A stretch of DNA of 64,000 bases from Cyanophora paradoxa CCMP329. Its lineage: Eukaryota; Plantae; Glaucophyta. The translations under genes were made by a program, and so were the position numbers. The notes under the pieces were generated by a model. That model ran no database searches. It saw nothing but the letters and a program-made list of their open reading frames with translations, and had not been told where the DNA came from. Each line of letters begins with the position of its first letter. The first letter of the stretch is position 1. Shown here piece by piece: positions 52,001-61,300 of this stretch. The DNA lies in assembly GCA_004431415.1 (NCBI GenBank), contig QPMI01000199.1, positions 84,460 through 148,459 of the forward strand. The letters run 5' to 3'.

Positions 52001-54843
52001 ATATCACAGACAAGCCATTGACATTCCCTCCCAGTTCTCACAATCACTTATGGGAGCATATCACAGACAAGCCATTGACATTCCCTCCCAGTTCTCACAA
52101 TCACTTATGGGAGCATATCACAGACAAGCCATTGACCTTTCCACCTGTTGCTCACACTCATGATTATTCCCAGATCACCAACAGTAACCACACTCATACT
52201 AAATCAGAGATCACAGATTTTGATCACACACATTTATGGGAGCATATCACAGATAGACCACTAACATTCCCTCCTGATTCCCATACTCATGATTATTCCC
52301 AGATCACCAACAGTAACCACAGACACCCTTGGAGTGAAATCGACCAGCAGCCCAGGTTTTCATCAGCAGGCAATATTTTGACAGACTTTACAAATGGTGT
52401 GAGTCTCTACCAGAGTAATACCATACCTGAAAGGCTACAACTAAATGATTATTATGTCAATCGAAAAGGCATTGATGGAGGGACCACAATGGAAGGTGAA
52501 TTATACATCAAACAACCAACAAGAATCCAAATGATTTCAGCAGGTGGTGTTGGGGTGATTGATACCAAACCAGGCATCTTCTTAACAAGTTATTATAATG
52601 AGGACATCCCATTGACATCAGGATTACCACCTCTCCCATCTGATCCAGCAGCATATGATGACAAGGATGCCATTATGCAAGTAAATGTAACAGATGTCAG
52701 TGCAACTGATGGCTCCAGACCTAAAATAATATTCAGTCGATCCAAATTCAATTATGTCCCACTTGCGGGACAACCATCAGATAACTATGGGAAATGCGAA
52801 ATGTCCTGGATTAAAACATTAGCAGGAGGAGCCTTAGAAGTCAATCAGAGGATGGCAGCAAAAAACTTACACAATGAGACCCTCTCTGGTGTTGTTACAG
52901 ATGATTATTTAGAAAACAAAGATTATGTAACAAATACAGAATTACAATTAGCTCTTACAGATGTTGTAACAGATACCGAATTAACAGCAGCTCTTGGGAA
53001 TTATTTACCTCTTACAGGTGGAACTGTAACAGGAACTGTGAATGCTACCACTTTACAAATTGGTGGAACCACAATACCAAAAGGTTACGATTTCGACCAA
53101 TTAGATGTGGTTTCGACAGATAGAAGCGCAAATAATTGGAACTTAGGATGGACACCAAGAACCGGACAAACAGGATGTTATACAACACCACAAAATGATG
53201 AAGATTGTAGCGCTTGTTGGATGAGGTGGAATGTCCCCACAGGAATGAAAACGTTTTATATTCAAACCATGTGTTGGTCTAATTGTAGATATTTTGACAT
53301 CTATGGTCAAACAGCTAATGGTAATCAACATTTCCTTCGGCGTTTAAATGTTTATCAAGGTATTCAAGCATCAGTACATGATGGAACACAATCCAGTATA
53401 CTTTTCATCTCTATTAACTGTGAGTTTTACACAAAAATATATGTTCAAGGTCGAAAAGGTAGAATCCATCTTACAGGTGTTTTTGGGTGGAGTAGACAGA
53501 GGGCAACAGATAATGAGGTTGGGATGATCTCTTGGGATAATATATTTAGTAAACCATCATTTTACTCAACCGCAGACCTTCCACAAACCGCAACATGGGC
53601 AACAAATGCATGGTTAAAATCAGTAGATGCAGTCGAGCGAATTTGGTTTGGAAATGGTCAAACTACATATATTCGAGGCTATGAAAATGGCGATGGTGTA
53701 TCTGTCGAATTTAGAAACTCAGCGAATGCAGCAATCTTAAAATCATATGGTAATGGTAACTTTTGGGTGAATAACACTATTACAGCACCCACTATTAATG
53801 CTACTACCAAACTCCAAATAAACGGTAATGATGTCCCAAAGTTTCACACAGCAGATAAAACAGTAGGAGGTATTGCATTTAATAGATGTTCTGAGGGTTG
53901 GACATGGGCATGGAGTACAGCATGGGATCCATATTATAATTATGGTTCATATGTCCATAATAATCAATCTGATGACGAAACTTCTACCGCTTGGATTGAC
54001 TTCGATATACCCGATGGATACCACACAGGAACAGCATTTTTAACCTATTTACCTTGGACTAACTCACGACTTTTTGAAATTTGGGGAGTTAATAGACAAG
54101 GGAATGAAGTTTTTATTACATCAGTGAATAGTTATCAACCATACGCCACATCGCCTGATGGTAACCACAGTGGTTTAAATAATGTTCCAATACATCTTGG
54201 AAATAGATTCCTCACTATTCGGATTAGACCAAAGATTGGAAGAGTTCATATTATGGGTATTAGTTACATGAAAATTTGGGTAGGAAATAGTTATGGTGGT
54301 CACACCGGCTATATTCATTGGAATAACGTTTATAGTAAACCAAATATCTTAACAGGAACTGTGGGGACTTGGTTTAGTTCAAGTGATGGATACCATCGTA
54401 TCCATTTCGGTAACCAAACTTCTACATATTTGAAAGGAGGGGGAGATATTCCCCTTGTATTCCGAAATGAACAAGATACTGATATTTGTTACATGTATCA
54501 TGGAGGATGGATGTGGATTGGAGGTTATTTAACACAAGGAAGTGACATAAGATACAAAACCGATATTAAAAAGATATCCGGCGCTCTTTCAGCAATAGAG
54601 AAATTAGAGGGAGTGAGTTTTAAACGAATTGGAAGTGAAAAAGATGGAGTTAAATTAGGTTTAATTGCACAAGATGTTCAAAAGGTAATACCAGAGGTAG
54701 TTAATGTTAAAAAAGACGATGGCTACCTATCTCTTGAATACACAGGTTTAATTCCAGTTCTCATTGAAGCTGTGAAGGAGTTGTCCCAAAAATGCAAAGA
54801 TCTACAGGATCAAATAGACCAAATTAAAAATGTCAAAGTATAA
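49064..54843 (+). pseudogene. 3' part of the PLV-A giant fibre gene (phage tail repeats, LamG-like domain, C-terminal peptidase S74 chaperone), one in-frame TAA at 51739-51741
   Basis: ORFs 49138-51741 and 51865-54843 share one frame with a single stop; HNHLWEHITDKP repeats; SDIRYKTDI...GLIAQDV..VIPEVV...LIEAVKEL. Confidence 0.85.
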
Positions 54844-54846
54844 TAA

Positions 54847-55152
54847 ATGGCGACCTATCCACTTGGTGGAACCACCTATTCAACTGAGCCTGTTGCGCTT
54901 TCTTTTGACACAATCACCCTTATAAACGCATTACAAACAGTTGAAAAAACGATTCAGCAAACCAATAAGCTCTCACCAGTTGTAAATGAATACAAAACGC
55001 TTTTGGTTAATGTCCTTGCAAAATCTGCATATGGTGACCCTGTAGCTAAATACACTGAATGTGATAACAACATCAAAGCAATGACATCTAACCTTCAAAC
55101 ACTTTCAGTTGCCTACCAATCCCTTGGATCGAATTTAATCACTTTGGCTTGA
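54847..55152 (+). CDS. Hypothetical protein
   Basis: ATG ORF packed directly after the fibre gene. Confidence 0.6.
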   Translation: MATYPLGGTTYSTEPVALSFDTITLINALQTVEKTIQQTNKLSPVVNEYKTLLVNVLAKSAYGDPVAKYTECDNNIKAMTSNLQTLSVAYQSLGSNLITLA

Positions 55153-55191
55153 TTGCAGTTTATTTTTCTTTTCTTCTTAGTAAAAGAAGCA

Positions 55192-56037
55192 ATGGGTGAA
55201 TATAATCGAGTTCAACTTCCAATATATTCCCTTGGATCCCCTGCTATGCATTTTCGCCAGCATGAAGTAAATGATGAGGTTCGTGGTTTAGAATCCACAG
55301 AGAGACCCAACTCCAATGGTAACTCCTTTGATAAAAATTCGATTATTCGAGTTAAAGAGCTGAGAGCTGATAAGAATTCAGGTGTGGTTAAAACAACTCG
55401 ACTTCTTGTCACAAATGCAAACTTCTTCCAACCAACTAATGGAGGTCCTGATGCTTACAGTGTTGATCTGAAAGCCCTTGATTTCGATAAGAATTCTGCT
55501 GCTGTTACTGTGAGATCAGGAGGAGCTTTTATTGGTGGAGGTTGCAGAGTTTCAGGTCAGCTTTCATCCTCAATTTCGTATAATGATGTCCCAGATACTC
55601 TTGAACAGAATGTTGAAGACCCCCAACGAATTCGATTATATATACCAGTTGCACAACAGCCACTTATTCAATTTTACCAAGGTTATACTGTCACACTTGA
55701 AAACTCTGAATTGATTGAAGGAACCAAAAGAGTAATGAGAGGGCTGGTCATTCCTTCTGCAATGCTTTCTTTATGTAGAGCCAACAATAACCAGCCAGGT
55801 CACAGATACAATTTCAATGTTCAAGGATATGATCATTTTGGCACAGGGTTCTGTGTTTATAATAACAATTTCACCTATGATCTGTTTGTTACAGATATTG
55901 GAAAATATACAATTACAGTTATGGGTATCAGAACAGATATAGCTGCTGTCTCAGCTCTAAGAGGTGTTACTCCTGATACTCTTTCTCAAACAGGGTTTTA
56001 CCAAGAGCCAGATGTAATTGATGACCCAACCCCATAA
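55192..56037 (+). CDS. Fibre-like protein with shared N-terminal module
   Basis: RVKELRADKNSG...VRSGGAFIG matches 25156 and 26179. Confidence 0.72.
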   Translation: MGEYNRVQLPIYSLGSPAMHFRQHEVNDEVRGLESTERPNSNGNSFDKNSIIRVKELRADKNSGVVKTTRLLVTNANFFQPTNGGPDAYSVDLKALDFDKNSAAVTVRSGGAFIGGGCRVSGQLSSSISYNDVPDTLEQNVEDPQRIRLYIPVAQQPLIQFYQGYTVTLENSELIEGTKRVMRGLVIPSAMLSLCRANNNQPGHRYNFNVQGYDHFGTGFCVYNNNFTYDLFVTDIGKYTITVMGIRTDIAAVSALRGVTPDTLSQTGFYQEPDVIDDPTP

Positions 56038-56060
56038 AAGATATATCCCTTTAATGTAAA

Positions 56061-56894
56061 ATGGCTGAGCAACCCCCACTTGAACGAATTATCACCCCAC
56101 AACTATCATTAGCTGCACCTGCAAACCATGTTTTACAGCATGCTACCTTTGATGATGTGGAAGGTCTCCAATCCACAGAGGTCCAACCTACAATGAACAC
56201 CTTTGGTTCCACCCACAAGCTGAGATTACAGGAACTCAGATGTGATAAAAATAATGGAATAGTTAAGACAACTAAGCTACTTGTCACAAATGCAAACTTT
56301 TCTGCTCATTATGGAGACCCAGATAGCTATGGAGATCCTCTGTCTACTTATTCTTTTGAATCTAGGTCGGGAGCTATTAACTGCAAATCGGGGGGAGCTT
56401 ATATTGGTGATGGTCTTAGGGTTGGTGGGGCTGTTGGAGCGCCTCTATTTGTGAATGATCAACCCAATCCCATTGATCCCAACACAAGAATTCGAACCTA
56501 TGTCCCCAGCATGAATGCCCCCTATATAATCAAGATATTCCCCATTGTTGTGAATGAACAAACAGCAGTAGTAGACTCTCTTGTTGAGATTGGTGACCAC
56601 TACAAGGTTGTTGTTGATATCCCACCAGATGTTTATGCTGTATGCCAAGTTGAAGGTGGAACTCCCAACTTTGCAGTAGTGATCACCCCATATGATAATT
56701 TCGGAATTGCTTATCATGGAGTCAATTTCGGTTTGGAAGACTATCAGTTCTTAGTGAGAGCCACCAAGTTTGGTATCTACAAATGTGTGATGTTTGCAGA
56801 GAGAACCGATTTTATTGCAAAGCAGAATACCTATGCTGAATACTATGGGACAAATCGATATTTCCCCATTTTCGGGCAGGATACTGCTCCATAA
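56061..56894 (+). CDS. Fibre-like protein paralogue
   Basis: RLQELRCDKNNG...KSGGAYIGDG. Confidence 0.72.
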   Translation: MAEQPPLERIITPQLSLAAPANHVLQHATFDDVEGLQSTEVQPTMNTFGSTHKLRLQELRCDKNNGIVKTTKLLVTNANFSAHYGDPDSYGDPLSTYSFESRSGAINCKSGGAYIGDGLRVGGAVGAPLFVNDQPNPIDPNTRIRTYVPSMNAPYIIKIFPIVVNEQTAVVDSLVEIGDHYKVVVDIPPDVYAVCQVEGGTPNFAVVITPYDNFGIAYHGVNFGLEDYQFLVRATKFGIYKCVMFAERTDFIAKQNTYAEYYGTNRYFPIFGQDTAP

Positions 56895-56916
56895 GAATAT
56901 TGGTTATATATAGAAT

Positions 56917-57189
56917 ATGGATAGTAAAACAAAAAAGTTTATTGATGCTGCTATGACAGTCCATGGTAAAGACAAATTCGATTACAGTGAGACACATTAC
57001 ATTAAAGCTCAAGAGAAAGTATCTGTTAGATGTTTGCAGTGTAACAAAGTGATCCTTACCTATCCCTTTAATCATGTGAAGGGATCAGGGTGTAGGGACT
57101 GTAATAAAAGAAAAAGTCAAGCACATAGGAAAAGGGCTACTTCATCAATAAGAGTAGAGTATAGGGATATTTGCATTAGGTTCGATTAG
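56917..57189 (+). CDS. Zn-ribbon protein (DUF723/homing-endonuclease-associated repeat)
   Basis: FIDAA..VHG..FDYS...Y......C..C....P.NH..G.GC..C. Confidence 0.65.
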   Translation: MDSKTKKFIDAAMTVHGKDKFDYSETHYIKAQEKVSVRCLQCNKVILTYPFNHVKGSGCRDCNKRKSQAHRKRATSSIRVEYRDICIRFD

Positions 57190-57218
57190 GTTTAATTAAT
57201 TTTTCTAAGGTATTCTTA

Positions 57219-57617
57219 ATGGAGACTCAATACAGAGGCTTTCATGTTATGCTTGATTACAAGGCTAAATCAGCTATTGCAACAGGACATGAGCATGTGA
57301 GCTTCCTAGGTAATTGGATTATGGGAACCCTTGAACAAGCAGTATTAAGACAAGGCATTAGGATTGTTCATAAACACTGTGAGATATTTGATGGCAAAGT
57401 ATCACCTCCTGGTTTTGCATTGGTTCTGCTATTAGATGAAAGCCACTGTACAGCTCATTGTTATTCCAATGAAGGCATGTTAGCAATTGATATATTCAGT
57501 TGTGGTAAAGAAGCTCAGCATAAAACACAAGCAGTAGCAGATGAGATCGATAAAACAATGAATTTCCTCACATTTGAGAAGACTGAGAGACATAAACATG
57601 ATAGATTCCCGTTTTGA
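57219..57617 (+). CDS. S-adenosylmethionine decarboxylase (SpeD/SpeH-like proenzyme)
   Basis: GFHVMLD, PPG, LLDESHCTAHCY, AIDIFSCG. Confidence 0.9.
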   Translation: METQYRGFHVMLDYKAKSAIATGHEHVSFLGNWIMGTLEQAVLRQGIRIVHKHCEIFDGKVSPPGFALVLLLDESHCTAHCYSNEGMLAIDIFSCGKEAQHKTQAVADEIDKTMNFLTFEKTERHKHDRFPF

Positions 57618-57830
57618 TGAGTTTCTATAATGATGTTTTAAAGGATTCCTTTGTTTTCTAACAATAACATTGAGCAGCTACTGTTACAAGAGGATATAAT
57701 ATATCCTTTTCCTACAGTAGCTTACTACAATAGAAATTCTACTGTATGATGTAGCCAAAATATGACTACACCTTAGACTTGCATATGTTAAATTTCGAAT
57801 ACTATTCGATTTCCTTTACAATAAACCCTC

Positions 57831-58310
57831 AGCATCTCCCCTAGATTCCCCCTATTATATAATATTTATATTACAGTGGACTCAAGGTTGACTCATATTA
57901 ATCGTAAAAGTAGTAAAAGTATATGGATTTTGTTACGAATTCAATGCAAGGGTTGACTAAGTGGGTTGAGTTGACTCAAATTTCACAGGAAATATTTGGG
58001 GCCTAAAGTTTTCTAAAAAGGATTTCAAAAAATGTGTCAACTCCCCCCATTTAGTCAACCCTGACCATAAACAGTAAGCATTTGAGCTAACATGTATCAC
58101 AAAGTGAACATTTTGAGTCCACTTAGAAGATCCACTTTTGAAATCCAAGTTGATTTTGCTTGAAATTTCAAAGTTGATCTAAAAGTGAGTCCACCCTGAT
58201 TGATAATGGTAACAAAGTTGACTAAGTTGACTAAGTTGACTAAGTTGAGTCATCTTAAGAAATTCAAGGAAACTAAGAGTTCAAAATGTTTATGAAAAGT
58301 GAGTCAACTT
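57831..58310 (-). repeat. PLV-A right TIR
   Basis: Inverted copy of 6466-6945. Confidence 0.95.
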
Positions 58311-58343
58311 AGACCACTTATGGTAACAAAGTTAAATATTTAA

Positions 58344-61300
58344 TCAGGCGAAGCCTCTTTCAGGCGAAGCCTCTTTCAGGCGAAGCCTCTTTCTCAAAAC
58401 CAAAAACGAACGGGTCCAAATTCCTTTTTTAACCTTTTTTTCCACTCGAGATCCCCCCTGCTAAATAATTTCCGCGTCGCACTCCCTCGAGGCAGAATTA
58501 TTAATTCTGCCTCGACACGGACGCGATTGCTGCTAATAACACTGCTACCCCAACCCCCACAGACCTCTCTAAATCCATTTTTAGCGTCCTGGCTCCCCTA
58601 AGACGACCGCTCGCCCGTGGGCGTCGCGCGAAAATCGAATTTCCCTCTGGATCAATTCCGGTACTTAACCTCCGACAAATGCAGTCCGGGTCAGAAGGTG
58701 GGACCCGGTCGCGCCCGGTCCGGACATCTTTCCGCGCGCCCACGCCGCGGCGCACGCGCGGAAGAATAGCATAAGCATTTGAGATGTAGAAGAAGCTTTC
58801 CGCACGCTTTACAGATACGCCGGGCCGCGGGGACCCACCCGACCCCGAAAATTCGATCCTTCACGGACCTGCACAGCTTTCCGCGCGCCCTCGCATCCTC
58901 ACGCGAGAGCGCATCGCTACCATATTCATTTGGGATTTTATCAAAGCCTTCCACAAGCTTGGAAGACGCGAAAGAGCACGAGAACCCAGCCGGCGGCAAA
59001 ACTTTGATCCTGGACAGGCCTGGACAGCTTTCCGCGCGCCCACGCCGCTGCGCATGCACGGAACAATAGTATAAGCATTTGAGATGTCCGCAAAGCCTTC
59101 CGCATGCATTGCGTATGCGCCGGGCCGCGAGGACCCAGCCGACCCCGAAAATTCGATCCTTGACGGACCTGAACATCTTTCCGCGCGCCCTCGCATCCTC
59201 ACGCATGCGCATCGCTACAATATTCATCTAAGATCTTTTAAAAGCCTTTCGCAAGCTCTGCAGACGCGACAGGGCGCGGCAATCCAGCCGACGCAAAAAT
59301 TCGATCCTGGCCACGCCTGCACATCTTTCCGCGCGCCCTCCCCTCCGCAGCCCCGCACATCGATGCTATATGCATTCGAGATTCTGTTTAAGCGATTCGC
59401 AAGCTCTGTGCATGCGCCTGGCCGCGAGCCTTGGAGAACCTCGCCCCTCCCGGGCCTCCTTCCCAACAATATTATATAATTAATCTCCTCTCAGTATGCT
59501 CCACCCTTTATTTCCTCAGCACATTAATATTCCTCTAGCCGGCCAGGGCTAGCTGGACTGGCCGTCAGCTAGCCAGCTTCCAGCCAGAAAGCTGTTCGCT
59601 GGCCAGTCGCTGAGTGCCCTATAGGCCTACTGTGACAGCCGCGAGGGCGTCCGCGAGGCTTCGCCGTACTTAGTGCTCCGCAGGAGCACGGATCTTGTTT
59701 TTCCACTCGAGATCCCCCCTACTAAATAATTCCCGCGTCGCACTCCCTCGAGGACGAATTATTAATTCTGCCTCGACACGGACGCGATTGCTGCTGGTAA
59801 CACAGCTCCCCGAACCCCCACAGACCTCTCTAGATCCATTTTTAGCGTCGTGGCTCCCCTAAGACGACCGCTCGCCCGTGGGCGTCGCGCGAAAATCGAA
59901 TTTCCCTCTGGATCAATTCCGGTACTTAACCTCCGACAAATGCAGTCCGAGTCAGAAGGTGGGACCCGGTCCCGCCCGGTCCCGCGACGAAATCGCGCCA
60001 GGGACGCCCCAGAACGATACAGAATGCCGCGCGAGGGCGAGCGCATCGCCGCAAGCTCGATTTCGGGCGCCCTCGACACTCCCGTGCGAAGAGTCGGCCG
60101 AAAATTTGATCCAGCCGGTCCGGCCCGGTCCCGCGACGCGCGCGATCGATGCGTACTGGCGCGCATAGACATAGCAGGGCCTGCACACCCCCGAAATCCG
60201 CTTTTCGGAGCCGGAATAGCGCAGGAAGGTACCCGACGGCAAAAATTCGATCCTAGACAGGCCCGGAGATCTTTCCGCGCGCCCACGCCGCGGCGCATGC
60301 GCGCATCAATCGCATATGCATTTGAGATGTAGAAGAAGACTTCCGCACGCTTTACGGATGTGCCGGGCCGCGAGGACCCAGCCGACCCCGAAAATTCGAT
60401 CCTGGACGGACCTGCACATCTTTCCGCGCGCCCTCGCATCCTCACGCAAGGACATCGCTACAGTATTCATTCGAGATCTTTTCAAAGCTTTTCGCGAGCT
60501 CGGAGGACGCGAAAAAGCACGAGAACCCAGCCGACGGCAAAAATTCGATCCTGCACAGACCCGGGCATCTTTCCGCGCGCCCACGCCGCGGCGGATGCGC
60601 GGAACAATAGCATAAGCATCTAAGATGTAGATCAAGCGTTCCGCACGCTTTACAGATGTGCCGGGCCGCGAGAACCCAGCCGACCCCGAAGATTCGATCC
60701 TGGACGGTCCTGCACAGCTTTCCGCGCGCCCTCGCGTCCTCATGCATGGGCATCGCTATAATATTCATTTGAGAGCTTTTCAAAGCGTAATGCAAGAACC
60801 AAGGGCGCGACAGGGCGCGAGAATTCAGCCGACCCCGAAAATTCGTTCCTGCATGGACCTGCACGTCTTTCCGCGCGCCCTCGAGCTCGCCTCCGCAGCC
60901 CTGCACATCGGTGCTATATGCGTTCCAGATTCCGTTTAAGCGATTCGCAAGCTCTGTGCGTGCGCCTGGCCGCGAGAACCTTGCCCCTCCCGGGCCTCCT
61001 TCCCAACAATATTATATTATTAATCTCCTCTCAATCTAGCTGCTCCACCCGGCCAAAAAATGCTTTATTTCCTCGGTACATTAATATTCCTCTAGCCGGC
61101 CAGCGCTATAGCTAGCTGGACTGGCCGTAAGCCAGCCAGCTTCCAGCCAGATAGCTCTTCGCGATCGGCCAGGCCGCTGACCACTGTGGCCAGTGCCCTA
61201 TAGGCCTACTGTGCCAGCCGCGAGGGCGTCCGCGAGGCTTCGCCGTACTTAGTGCTCCGCAGGAGCACGGATCTTGTCAGGCGAAGCCTCTTTCTCAAAA

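Larger units (their letters stand above)
6466..58310. mobile_element. Endogenous Polinton-like virus PLV-A (outer element, ~27.1 kb without the insert)
   Basis: 480-bp TIRs enclosing integrase, pPolB, primase-helicase, packaging ATPase and capsid genes. Confidence 0.93.

Noticed and set aside
6466-58310. Prophage, canonical Polinton or virophage
   Set aside because: No terminase, portal or HK97 capsid despite the phage-like fibres, and no adenain-type cysteine protease recognised; PLV fits best.
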